Assembly: GCA_963809485.1 (NCBI GenBank)
Contig: CAWEJX010000012.1
Coordinates: 261,285 to 325,284 of the forward strand
DNA length: 64,000 bases
DNA from: an uncultured Acidobacteriota bacterium
GTDB lineage: Bacteria; Acidobacteriota; UBA6911
Direction of reading: 5' to 3'
Below the pieces are notes generated by a model, which made no database searches, was not told the DNA's origin, and saw nothing but the letters and a program-made list of their open reading frames with translations. Both the position numbers and the translations under genes were made by a program. Shown here piece after piece: positions 39,115 through 50,560 of the stretch (the stretch's first letter is position 1; each line of letters begins with the position of its first letter).

Positions 39115-40007
39115 ACAGAGTTCGGCGAGCAATATAAATCGAGAATGCTGGAGCAGCGCGGTTTTTCGAGAAGGAACCGATAGACGTTTTCCGCAACGGG
39201 CTTGCCGCCGGGCTTTTTCAGCACCGGCGTTTCCCAAAATATCGTCCGCAATCCGGCTTTCTCCACCAGCGCCTTGAGAGAAGCAGGCGTGAAATACCAC
39301 AGGTGGTGGATGGCCGCGTAGTGGCGCCAGCGGCGGGCCTTGAGATGCAGACGGCTTTGTACGGATTTGATCCGCGAGCTGATTCCGGCAAGGTTTGGTA
39401 CACTGATGAATATGATGCCCCCGGGCGCGGCCAATCTGCCGCTGTTTTGCAGTTCCACCAGCGGATTTTGAGTGTGCTCCAGAACATGGTTGATGCGAAT
39501 CGCGTCAAAGGATCCGGGTTCGAGGTCCGCCTGGCCGAGCTGCCCCTCGACCAGCCTGCAGGATAGCCTGAGCGCCTGTTCAGAGAGCCGGATGTCCGTT
39601 CCCGTGACCTCCCATCCTTCCTTCTGTGCGAAGGCCAGAAAAGCGCCGTCACCGCAGCCAAAATCCAGGAGACTGCCCTTCCGGCGCAGCAGTCTGAAGA
39701 TCGTGTTCAGCTGCCGATGAAATTGATATTGGCGGGTGTAGGCGATCTGCTGTTCTCCGCCCGAAAGATAGAAATATTCCTGCTGATAGAGGAGCTCGCG
39801 AAGCTCTTCGAGGGTCGGCCTTGGATTGGCGAATTCGAGCTTGCAGACGGGACAACGGCAGAGGTGGAATCCCTGATGGTCCACGGCGAACAGCCGGGGT
39901 TCGACATCGCAGACCGGGCACCGGACCTGCTCCATTTGCCGGAATCCGGGCACCCCCAGGGAACTGTCCTCGTTTGGATTAGTTTGTTCGGGACTCACTT
40001 CCATCAA
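39075..40007 (-). CDS. Class I SAM-dependent methyltransferase with N-terminal Cys motifs
   Basis: CPVC...CPVC, LLDFGCGDG, HVLEH, ISVPN. Confidence 0.88.
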   Translation of the reverse strand: MMEVSPEQTNPNEDSSLGVPGFRQMEQVRCPVCDVEPRLFAVDHQGFHLCRCPVCKLEFANPRPTLEELRELLYQQEYFYLSGGEQQIAYTRQYQFHRQLNTIFRLLRRKGSLLDFGCGDGAFLAFAQKEGWEVTGTDIRLSEQALRLSCRLVEGQLGQADLEPGSFDAIRINHVLEHTQNPLVELQNSGRLAAPGGIIFISVPNLAGISSRIKSVQSRLHLKARRWRHYAAIHHLWYFTPASLKALVEKAGLRTIFWETPVLKKPGGKPVAENVYRFLLEKPRCSSILDLYCSPNSVTRTDADKSADGR

Positions 40008-41599
40008 TAAATCCTCTTGTCCTTGACCTCGATGTCAATGGAGACTTCGGGGATAAAAAGCACAAGCAGGAAGGCGAGAAACATCGTTACTGCGCCGACC
40101 ACAAAGACCATTCTCAAACCGAATTCCATGGAAGTTCGGATAGCCTGAACCGTCTGCCGGAATCGCTCCTTCCCTTCGCTGCCCGCTTGAGCAAAACTCC
40201 GTTCAAGAGACTGCATCGCCGGTTTCGAAAGAAGCACGCGGGAATTCCCCAGGGAATTCATCGCCGCCTGGTCCACTCCGTCAAGCGCGGCAGGCAGCGA
40301 GGATTTGAGCTTGTCCGCATATGCAATGTTCATGACCGAGCCAAGAATAGCGGGTGAAATCGACATCGCCATGGTGACGCTGAAAAAGTAAGCTCCCGTC
40401 GCTATCCCCAGCAGTCTCCGGGGAACGATGCACTGAACCACAACCGTTTTAAGTGTGGGGACAGCCCCCAGTCCCAGGCCGCCCAGCGTAGTCGCCGCCA
40501 GTGCCCATACCATGGAGGTTTTTTCATTGAGCAGAATGCACCCGGCTAGGACAAGGGTAAGCAGGGCATAGCTCATCAGGAACAACCGCTTGTAGCGCTT
40601 CGTCTTCGCGATCACAAATCCGGTGGGAATGCCGACGAACGCCATCAGCACACCAAAAGGAGTCAGGATCTGGCCGCTCCGCATGGCGCTCATGCTTTGA
40701 ACACCCTGCAGGAAGAGAGGAAAGTAAACCATCATCGCCGTCAGCCCGAAATTGGACAATATGCCGGATGCAACGACGAGGAGAAACGTACGGTTCTGGA
40801 GCACCTGGGGATCCAGAAGCGGCTCTTCAGCCCTGGTTTCGGCGCGATAGAAAGCTATCCAGAAAACCAGTCCAACAACAAGCAGGCCGACGACCTGCAC
40901 GGAAGCCCAGGGATATATCGTTCCGGCAAAGGAAAGACCAAGTATGGTCGCGGAAGAAGCAACGATCATCAACGCGGAGCCCCTAACATCGATTTTGCGG
41001 ATGGCGCTGCTTGCGGCGGAAGGAACGCCCACCGGCACGGCAATGAGACACAGAATGACAAAAGGGAGGCCCATCCAGTAGATGTAGCGCCAGCTAAGGT
41101 TATCCACAAACCATCCACCCAGCGTAGGCCCGACCAGGGCGAATGCTCCGGCCGGGATGTTAAGCATGCCAATCCATCGGCTTCGTTCCACGGGCGGGAA
41201 AATATCGCCCAGCACCGAGAGGCACAGGGGAGCCATCGCGCCGGAACCGAGCCTGGCCAGGGCGTTTGCGGCGATCAAAATCATAAAGGTCGGGCTGATC
41301 GCGCTTAAAACCGTGCCCGCCATGAAAATGCTCAGAGACACTATCAGCATCACCCGGCGTCCGTACATGTCGGAGAACTTCAGGAAAATTAGAGTGGCAA
41401 AGGCACCGGCCAGCCCCGGAATTGAGATAAGCCAGGCATACAATGGCATTCCGTTCAGTTCGGCCGCCATCCTGGGGCGTGCAACAGCCAAGGTCTGAAC
41501 GTAATAGTTGGATGTGATGTAGATCAGGAATATCGCAACAAGTCCAAGGAGGATCTGCCTCCTGGTGTGCCTGGGCGCTGCTATCACTGGCTGTATCAT
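40004..41599 (-). CDS. MFS drug:H+ antiporter (DHA2-like)
   Basis: SDMYGRR, GPTLGG, ~14 hydrophobic segments. Confidence 0.88.
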   Translation of the reverse strand: MIQPVIAAPRHTRRQILLGLVAIFLIYITSNYYVQTLAVARPRMAAELNGMPLYAWLISIPGLAGAFATLIFLKFSDMYGRRVMLIVSLSIFMAGTVLSAISPTFMILIAANALARLGSGAMAPLCLSVLGDIFPPVERSRWIGMLNIPAGAFALVGPTLGGWFVDNLSWRYIYWMGLPFVILCLIAVPVGVPSAASSAIRKIDVRGSALMIVASSATILGLSFAGTIYPWASVQVVGLLVVGLVFWIAFYRAETRAEEPLLDPQVLQNRTFLLVVASGILSNFGLTAMMVYFPLFLQGVQSMSAMRSGQILTPFGVLMAFVGIPTGFVIAKTKRYKRLFLMSYALLTLVLAGCILLNEKTSMVWALAATTLGGLGLGAVPTLKTVVVQCIVPRRLLGIATGAYFFSVTMAMSISPAILGSVMNIAYADKLKSSLPAALDGVDQAAMNSLGNSRVLLSKPAMQSLERSFAQAGSEGKERFRQTVQAIRTSMEFGLRMVFVVGAVTMFLAFLLVLFIPEVSIDIEVKDKRIY

Positions 41600-41816
41600 C
41601 TTCCCTTTCTCCCCAAAAGCGCTGTGGATTATGCGGTGCGCCCGTGTGGCCGCAATAAAATGGATGCGAAATCGCAAGACGGCCGCGCCGTTATGCGGAC
41701 GGCTTTTCAAACCGTCCGCAGGCGCGCGGATTAAAAAATTTTTACCAAAACAACAAAAAGCTGCGTGTTTGTATCACAGATGGTTTCCTGAATCCACGGA
41801 ATCTGCTGCGCTTTTC

Positions 41817-44800
41817 CTACGAACGAAGTTTCAGGGCGCGTTCCAGTGAGGGCTGCATTTTCATTTCGCCGAACTCCTTGATGGCGAAGTCGAGGTGCTC
41901 CAGGGCGTTCGCCTTTTCTTCGGGATAGTGCTCCAGCAGAAGCTCGGCAAGCTGGAGACGCGTAAGCGCCAGTTCCGGGCGGATCCTCATTCCGGCGGTG
42001 ACCTTCTGCGCATCCTGATAAAGCCTGCGCGCTTCGTCAGGCCTGCCAAGAAGCACTGCGGCTGCGCCGAGATGGCGCGATATGCAGGCCGTATAATTGA
42101 GGACCATGTTCATACCACTTTCGACAAACCTGCGCAGCAGCAACTCCGCGGCCGGGCGGTGCCTGATTCTCAAGGCCGCTTGAAGCAGGAACATATCAAT
42201 AAAGGTTGGAGTTTCATCTTCGACGGATCCAATATCAGGGCGTGCTATTACCCATTTCTCAAGGATTTTGGCCGCCTCCATATTCTGCCCAAGCTGGAGA
42301 AAACTCTGAAATTGGATGGGCATGGTTTTTAACAACTGAGCACATTCATCAAAACGACCAAGCAGGAGCAGTGGTTGGTAGGCGGCCATACTCCCAAAAA
42401 GATTTGCCCATTGAGCGGTGCCCGGTTGGTCGCCACGGGCAAGAATGCTTTGGGATATCGCTACTGCCTCCTCCAGATTGCCATCAATGGTGGCCTGGAA
42501 GGAGTCACAAGCCTTCGATGCAATCAGCATGTTGACCTGTCCGCTACGCTCCGCTGTTTGTTTCAGCTCGCTAGAAAACTCCTCAGCGCGTTGGCGATTG
42601 CCGGACTCCAGGAAGACATAGCCAATTAGACGGGAACCAATCCCATACAGTCTTGGCGAAATACCGGCCCGGGCTATTTGCGCCAGCTCTTCTGCCAGGT
42701 TCAATCGCGCTTTTGCATGTTGAGGCGCAGCCACGATATTAAGCACCGCGCAGGCGGCAAACCAGAATGCCTCGGTGTCATTGACGCGCCGGGCCAATTC
42801 AACGTTCCGGATGAGAAACCGAAAACCTTCGTTCGATATGTCAAATCGCTGCGCAAAAATCCCGCCAAAAACTTTCTGCTCCCCTATGCCTATATTGGCA
42901 CAGACGCGCGCTGGCGTATCCGGTGCCGCATAGCGATCAGCCCTGTCCAGCCACTGAGCTGCCTCCGGAGTAGACCAGCTACCCGCACCGGCTCCATAAA
43001 AAAGCAGGGCAAACATTGCCAATGAGCAGGCACGGGAAGCACGGGTTTTATCCGCAATCGCCTCGGCCAAGGAAAACGCTTCCTGCAGCTCGGCAGAAAA
43101 AGCCCTTTGCGGTTCCCCAACAGTGATCAGGAGGTCGCCCAGAGCAAGTTGGAGGTCGCACACTTTTTCCTTATCATCGGGATCGAGCACTCTCTGTACC
43201 TTTATGGCTTGCTCCAGCAGGCGCACTGCCTCGCCGTAAGCATAGACGGACATAGCCCGCTGCGCCGCGATTTCACCGTACGATACCGCCTTGGCCAGAT
43301 CTGCAGGATCGGTGGATTGCGAGAAATGCTCGGCCAGCTCCGCGGCGTGCTCATCGAGCCGTTTGGCATATTGAGTCTCCAGAGCGCGCGCCACCTGCTG
43401 GTGCAGTTTCAGGCGCTGCGGGGCTATCAACTCTTCGTACATGGTCTGGCGGAAGAAAGCGTGCGTAAAGCGGTAGCGGATGGAACCGAGCTGCGAGCGT
43501 TCTTCCAATACCGACATCTGAACGGCTTCCTTTAATGCGCCGACAAAAGCGTCCTCACTGATATTTGCCACTCCCCTCAGGATGTCGAGAGAAAATTCCC
43601 TGCCGATTACAGAAGCCACGGAGAGCAGCCGATTGCAGTCCGCGCTGAGCAGCGACAGGCGCTTGCCGATGACGTCGCGCAGTCCTTCGGGTATGGTCAT
43701 TTCCAGCGGGGTTTCGCGGCTGGACTTCCAGCGCCCTTCCTCGCGGCTTATCAGGCCCTCCTCAGCCAGATAGCGCACCACTTCCTGCACGAAAAGCGGA
43801 TTCCCTTCCGTCTGGCGATGCACGGCCTCGGCGAGGCCCCAAGGGACCTCCTGCCTGGCGATGCTCTCCAGCATGCGCCGGACTTCGTCGGCATTCAGGC
43901 CGCGCAGGAGAACGCGTCCATAACTGGACATGCGCCGCAGTTCGGCCAGAGCGGCCGAAAGCGGATGGCTGCGGTCGACCTCCACATCCCGGTACGTTCC
44001 CATGATCAATACTCTTGTCCCAGCCAGGTGGCGCGCAACATGTGTCAGCATGTCCAGCGTCCCTTTGTCGGCATCATGAAGGTCCTCGACGACAAGCAGC
44101 AATGGCTGGACATTCGCGGCGTTAGCCAGGAATCCGGTGACGGCCTGCAGCAGCCGGTATCGTTCCTCTTCGGGATCCTTCGGCGGCCGCAGTTTTATTT
44201 TCAGCCGCTCCCTGATTTCAGAAACGATACGAGCGACATCGGCCGCGCCGGTTCCCAATTCCTTTTGCAGGTCCTTGACTTCGCGGGATAGAACGTAGCT
44301 GCGCAAGGCTTCCACAAACGCCAGGTAGGGCAGGCTTAGGGAACCTTCCTCGTAACAGTGGCCCACCAGCGCCTTGCCGCCGCGCAGCGTGACATAGGTG
44401 GAAAGCTGCTCGCACAGGGCCGTTTTGCCGATGCCCGGCTCGCCCACCACCATCGTCAATGACCCCTGCCCGGACATGGCGCCGTCAAACGCCGACTGGA
44501 GCTGGCGCAGCTCGGCCTCTCTCCCGACAAACACGCGCCGATAGATCGGATTTTCCCCGGGCGGGCGGGATTCCTTCGTTTCCAAAATCCTGCCTGATTC
44601 GATCGATTCGAGGACCCGGGAAACAGCCGACGCGGACTCCGGACGCTTCTGCGGATCCTTCTCCAGCAGCTGAAGAATCAATGCCTCCAGCGCCGACGGA
44701 AGATCGGCCCGGTGCCAGGAAGGCGATATCGGCGGCGTATTGATATGCTGGCCGACGACGGCGATCGCGTTTTCCCCCAGGAATGGTGGACGTCCGGCTA

Positions 44801-45619
44801 CCATTTCGTAGAGCATGGCACCAAGCGAATAAAGATCGGACTTCGGAGTAACCGTGCCGGCAATCGCTTGCTCCGGAGACATGTAAGCCACGGTGCCTAC
44901 AATCATGCCGGACTCCGTGAGGCGGGAAAGATCGATGTTTACGGCCAGACCGAAGTCGCCGATCTTGGCCGTGCCGTCAGCGCTCAGCCAGACGTTTCCC
45001 GGCTTCAGGTCGCGGTGGATGATGCCTTTCGAATGAGCAAACGCGAGGCCGCTGGAAATAGCTTTGGCGATCCCGACTGCCTTTTCGAGCGGAAGGCGAT
45101 GTCCGGGCGCCTGCTCAAGCAGGTCCTGAACGTCGCCTCCGGCAAGCAGCGGCAGAACCATGAAGGGCCTGCCTTCGTCGTCGCCAAAGTCGTACACGGC
45201 GACGATGTTCGGGTGATCCCCGAGACGCCCCATGGCCTGGGCTTCGCGCTTGATGCGCGTGCGGGCGTCCTCATCCAGCCTTTCGGTCTTTATCTGGGCG
45301 AAGGGTCGAGCACGGTATCGTGGACCAGGTAAACCCGCTTCTTGCCGCCCTCGCCAAGAAGCTTTTTCGCCCTATAGCGGCCGCCCGCAAAGGAATTGGG
45401 CTCCGGAGACCCCTGGGCTAACGGCTCAAAGGGGCCCTGCGTGGAATCTGTGGATGTTACGGGACTCAGACTGTGGCCGCACTGTTCACAGAACCTGGCA
45501 GGGAGGATATTTTTATGGCGGCAATTGGGGCAGACAGCCTCCGCCTGCAGCAGCTTGCCGCATTCCCGGCAGTATTTTGCCTTTTCGGAATTATTGGTCT
45601 GACAAGAAGGGCATTTCAT
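41817..45619 (-). CDS. Zinc-ribbon / Ser-Thr kinase / P-loop ATPase / helical-repeat protein, frameshifted near 45303
   Basis: Four CxxC (45619-45470), [44 protein letters not shown]; frame break at GAC-CC-TTC. Confidence 0.85.
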
Positions 45620-45744
45620 CGAGAACACCTCTCATGAGATACCGCTGTCAACTGTGGATACTATTTTGAGGCGAATCCGGTCCCGCTATATCCTATGGCG
45701 CATATTACACCCAAACGGATTATTGAAGCGGGCAATTTGAGCAA

Positions 45745-45834
45745 TCTGCTGAGGATGGGAGAACCTGCGGAGTTTGACAGCTCCTTGACCGGATAACGCC
45801 GACTTACGCTGACAATAGCGCTGAGGAACGCTGA
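45745..45834 (-). mobile_element. Degenerate reverse copy of the IS200-type end plus four-box array
   Basis: TCTGCTGAGGA...GGAGTTTGACAGCTCC then CGCCGA/CGCTGA x4 (10/12/10). Confidence 0.6.
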
Positions 45835-45874
45835 CCATCAAGACTCCGGCAGCGCGGGAGGCCGGTGGTTTTGC

Positions 45875-47334
45875 CTACTGCTTCCATATGGAGGTTTTGC
45901 CGATGCCGATGTCGGGCCTGGATCCGTCTTTTGCCGGGATCAGAAACAAATAGTTGGGGCCCGGATCCACGGCTACTTCCTTGGGTTTGGGCAGTTGCGG
46001 CACCCAATCATAGGGGACACGGTAGGCGCGGTATACCAGGTTGCGGGTCGACGGCACGCTGGAGTCCCACAGATAAGGCGAAATGTATTCCCAGACAATT
46101 TCGCGGTCTTGGGTCACCTCGATGACACGGCCGTCGGATCCTTCGGTGATCAGCGTGTTGCCGTTGGGGAGGCGCTGGGCCGATGAAATGAACGGGCTGA
46201 ACAATTCGAAGCCGTATTTTTGATTGGGCAGATTCATGCTGCCGGGCGAGTATTCCCAGATGATATCCTTTGTGAGCGGATTGAACTCGATCACCCTGGA
46301 GTATTGGCGCCGAATCACGCCGATGCCGTTCGGCGCGATGTCGTTGGGCGGACCGTAGCCGGACTGGCCTCCGTTGTCGAACAGCAGGATATTCCCTTCA
46401 CCCGGCAGTCCTTTGGGAATCATGTGCGTGTGGTGAGGGCCGACAATCCATCCCAGTTTTTTGTCGTCGCCGTCCCTGTAATAGGGGCCCGCCCTCCACA
46501 CGATCTTGCCGCTCGCGCGTTCCACGATCGCCAGGAGGCCGGCTTCGCGGCTGTCCAGGATGATGTTGTCCGGGTGGAAACGCTTGTCGCCCTGATCGAA
46601 CCACCGGTTCGGCCCGAGGTAAGAGGCGCAGTTCTGGTGAAACCAGTCAAATCCGTCACCCTCTCCGCGCGGTTTGTTTTGGTAATTCTGCATAGCCTTG
46701 AAGGCCGCATCGTCAAAGCCCATTTCGTCCACGTGATCCGCCGCTTTCCAGGTCCAGGCGATCTTTCCCGCGGCCATGTCGATTTCATAGAGCGCATCAT
46801 CCAGGAGCCGTATGTTTCTGTTGATTTTGTCGTTCTGCACATTGTAATGGGCCAAAGCCAGGAGGGTTCCTTTGGATATGTCGAACGATCGAAGCCCGGC
46901 ATAAAATAGCCGACCGGATTGCTCTTTATCTGCATGTCGTGATGCTGGCGGGAAACCCACATCGTTCCATCGCCTTCGTTGGCCTTGCCTTCCTGCCACC
47001 GGTCGAATCTCCAGACGACTTTGTCGTTGAAATCCCTGACCTGAATTTCGATGGCGTCCTGGCGGCCGTGTTTCCAGGCAGCCGTTGACGCCAGGAGATA
47101 CCCGCCGGGGAACATCTTATTCGGATGATGGAGCGGCCCTTTCCAGAGATGAACCAGGTTCCCGTTCATATCCACAAGGCGGCCCTCTTCGGCCGAGAGG
47201 ATGGTAAAGCCGTTCCAACACTTTTCGGGCGAGTAAATCGTGGTGCCGACCGGGTGGACGCTGGGATCCGTCCGGACTGTAGCGGGGACCAAAATCAGAA
47301 ATGCGGCGATTGTCAACGCGGCCCAATTTTTCAT
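45875..47334 (-). CDS. Aryl-sulfate sulfotransferase family protein, frameshifted near 46889
   Basis: RQHHD, DWFHQN, ILLFDNG, SSAQRLPNGNTLITEG, VYRAYR; adding 1 nt at GAT-CG-TTC joins the two ORFs. Confidence 0.82.
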
Positions 47335-47399
47335 TTCATGCTCCCCTAATACCGCATGCGTGTGTTCAGGAATACGCCCCTTTCCCAGGCTCGACACGG

Positions 47400-48551
47400 T
47401 CAGGCGAGGTCGGAAAGGCCGTCAAAGCCGCAATAGGAAATGCGCACTCGCCGTATCTCCCGGGTGTAGGGTGTTTTTACGAGAGGCTTATGTAGTTTCT
47501 GCCTTTCGGATATATTTCCCGGAAGGCAAGAAAGGAACGACACATCCAGACGATCCGGATTGTATTTACATTCGACAGCGTCGATTGTTCCTGCCGGTCT
47601 TCGAATAACGAAGTCCAACTCACGGTCGGATTTGTCACGCCAGAAGTGGAGCCGGGCGGGATCGAGCACCGTGCGCAGGCAATCCAGAACAGCATGCTCC
47701 CATAGAATTCCACGGTCATCCTCACGTATGGAATCCCAGCCGCGGGCATAGGTAACGAAGCCTGTGTCAAATGCGTAACACTTGGGGCGCCGGACAATCT
47801 CGCGGCGTCCTCCTCCATGGAACGGCGGCAGCAGAAAAGCAGCGTGTGCAATGCACAATGCGTCTAAATGAGCCTTAACGGTCAGCCTGCTGAGACCGCT
47901 CAGATGCGCCAGATTCGTGTAGTCTACAAGCCCGCCACTCTGGCATAGCAGCAGTTGGAAGAGCTTGATGAATCCGGCGCGGTCCCGGATGCCAAAAAGA
48001 TCCTGTATGTCGCGCGCATAATAGCTGTCCATCCACTCTGCAAAAAATTCTGGATTCTTGCTGCTTGAAAGCAGCGGCTCCGGCAATCCGCCGTGAAGCA
48101 AACGATGGTCAAGATCGCTGATCTTCGAAACAGGCCAAACACTCGCTCCAAAGCACCGGGGTGAGATAAAGCGAATATTTGCGGCCTGTCAGGCTATCGC
48201 GGAATTTTCTTGTGGCGGCCAACGTCGAAGAGCCTGTGGCCAGCACTCGCAGATGGGAGTATCTCATTCCGCCGCAATCTTGAGAACGCGGCTGGGATCC
48301 TCAAGACGGTGGACCTCGTCCAAGACGACGACAGAACCCTTTTTCAGAGAGTCATAGAAATGCTCGGGTTGTTCAAGCTGCCGGACAACCGATGGAAGAT
48401 CACAGTTCATATATACGGTTCCGGAAACCATATGCGCGAGCGTGGTTTTCCCCGCTCGGCGCACGCCGGACAACCATACAATGGGACGCCGTTTCCATCC
48501 TTCCTCGATCCGTTGAATCCAGAAGGGCCGCTCAGCTATCACGGGAATCAT
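47400..48551 (-). CDS. AAA+ ATPase with DUF4143 domain, multiple frameshifts
   Basis: GVRRAGKT, LDEVH, ATGSS, SLTGRK, GGLPE, FDTG, ELDF...VECK spread over shifting frames. Confidence 0.8.
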
Positions 48552-48630
48552 ATTATACTAATATTCGTCTATATGCATAGTATATTCTACATCCTTCGTC
48601 TTTCCGGGCGCAGCAGGAGGCCTCCGCATT

Positions 48631-48969
48631 TTAAGCCTTCCCGTCCCGCACGACCTTCACGGCTGTGCCGTAGGCGAGGACTTCGGTGACGCCGTTCATC
48701 ACTTCGTTGGCATCATACCGCATCCCGATCACCGCGTTGGCGCCGAGCGCTTCTGCGTGCTGGACCATGATCCAGTACGCCTCGGCGCGCGTCTTTTCGC
48801 ACAATTCCGTGAACAGGGTGATGTTGCCTCCAATAATGGTCTGCAGCCCACCCCCGATGGTTCCCAGAATGCTGCGGGAGCGCACGGTAATCCCGCGGAC
48901 GATCCCCAGGTTTTCGACAATTTTCCACCCGTCAATCTCGAAAGCGGTTGTGACCAGTCTTTGATCCAC
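48631..48969 (-). CDS. YbjQ/UPF0145 family protein
   Basis: LGIVRG, LGANAVIGMRYD, EVLAYGTAV. Confidence 0.9.
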   Translation of the reverse strand: MDQRLVTTAFEIDGWKIVENLGIVRGITVRSRSILGTIGGGLQTIIGGNITLFTELCEKTRAEAYWIMVQHAEALGANAVIGMRYDANEVMNGVTEVLAYGTAVKVVRDGKA

Positions 48970-49026
48970 GATTTTCTCCTTCGGCTGTCATGAATTGAAG
49001 CAGGAATACTCTGCTGCGGATTTCAT

Positions 49027-49392
49027 TCATAGCACAGAGTGACGGCAGGATTGCTGCGGGCCGCCATACAGAATCTGATGGGTGAAAATATCGAACACAT
49101 TTACATCCGTGCTGTAGCTATCGTCCCAGTAAAGAGCCTTGTCTCCGATCCGGATCAAGAGCCTTCCGGTACGCGCGAACCGGACGAAGTCCTTTGCATC
49201 CGGATAGTATTCCTTGAGCATGGGCCCCAAGGGGACCGGCGTGACCGCGCATCGCGCTGAATTGCCGCCGGTGGTATATTCGTCGACGACCCTGAAAATC
49301 TGTTTATGACGCGCATGGTGCCGGTCGTAAGTGAGTTCGCTTCTTAAATACAGGCCCAGGATCAAACAGCAGGCTATCGCCAGGGCCAGGCC
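49027..49392 (-). pseudogene. Fragment of a MacB/FtsX-type ABC permease
   Basis: GLALAIACCLILGLYLRSELTYDRHH...IFRV; no proper start, truncated. Confidence 0.75.
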
Positions 49393-49702
49393 GGAAGCCG
49401 CAAATCTCCGGTCCAGGCAGGAACAGCTGAGCGCTGATATGAATCAGCCGTTTAACGAATTCGTCGGATCTTCGGTTGCCATGCAGAGGGTTTATGACAC
49501 GATCCTCAAGGTCGCCCAGACCGATGCTAATGTCCTCATCCTGGGCGAAAACGGCACGGGCAAGGCACTGGTCGCAAGAGCTCTCCACCGCAACTCGGCC
49601 AGAAACAAGGAGGTCTTCCTGAGCGTCGACATGGGCTCGATCAGCGAATCCTCTTTGAGAGCGAGCTTTTCGGCCATGTCAAAGGAGCCTTTACCGATGC
49701 CG
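49393..49702 (+). pseudogene. Fragment of a sigma54-dependent activator AAA+ domain
   Basis: VGSS.AM, VLILGENGTGK, then after a 1-nt shift ESELFGHVKGAFTDA. Confidence 0.85.
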
Positions 49703-50335
49703 CATTGGACCGCCACGCTTTTGGATATTCTTGGCGGCGACGGCAAAAATGGAGGTCAGACCCCGGATACATTGAGCCGAGAGGAAATGGAGGAGGTGGC
49801 CGGAGCGCTGGAAACCATCCATAAGAGAAGTCAGGGGCTCATGACCTTTGTGGACAGTTACCGGAACATGACTCTGATCCCGAAGCCTCAATTCAAGCTG
49901 CTTTCGATATCGGATTTCTTTAGGAGAGTGGAAAAGCTCATGTATAGCAGGCTGGCGGATAAAAACATCTCTTTCCGCTGGTCTGTGGATCCGGAATCCC
50001 TTGAATTGACCGCCGACCCCGACCTGATGGAACAGGTGATGATCAACCTGCTTTTAAATGCCATCCACGCAGTCAGCGGACGCGAAAATCCACGTATTGC
50101 GCTTTCCGCTTCATTGAGCCCGGAGGGCAAGGTAACCATCACTGTCGAGGATAACGGCATGGGGATTGTCGAAGAAGCATTGGAAAAAATCTTCATACCT
50201 TTTTTCACGACCAAAAAACAGGGCTCGGGCATCGGCCTCAGCCTTTCCCGTCAAATTCTCCGCCTTCACAGCGCAACAATCAGCGCAAAATCAAAGCCTG
50301 ACGAAGGTTCCGTCTTCACGGTAAGGTTCGCCTGA
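49703..50335 (+). pseudogene. C-terminal fragment of a sensor histidine kinase
   Basis: [32 protein letters not shown]; no sensor domain or H-box. Confidence 0.8.
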
Positions 50336-50560
50336 TCCTTGCTTCTGAGGATATCTTGCGGCGGCAGGAAGCAGGCAGGGAATGATGAGTGTCGGTTCAA
50401 TGTCGGTTCAATGCCGCCTGTCCCAAATAAATCCGAATAAAATATTGATTTAAGATGACTTAAAGCCACCAAGGTGATCTGGTGCGGGCATTTGCGAGCC
50501 TATATAAAGGTGCCATTCTGGAGGATTCGTGACCGCCATCACGCCCTTTATTGATGATTC

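Noticed and set aside
49331-50335. Novel sigma54-activator/histidine-kinase fusion protein
   Set aside because: Continuity depends on a frameshift and a deletion junction, and both domains are incomplete.
50389-50413. TGTCGGTTCAA tandem duplicate
   Set aside because: Two copies only, likely slippage; no supporting context.
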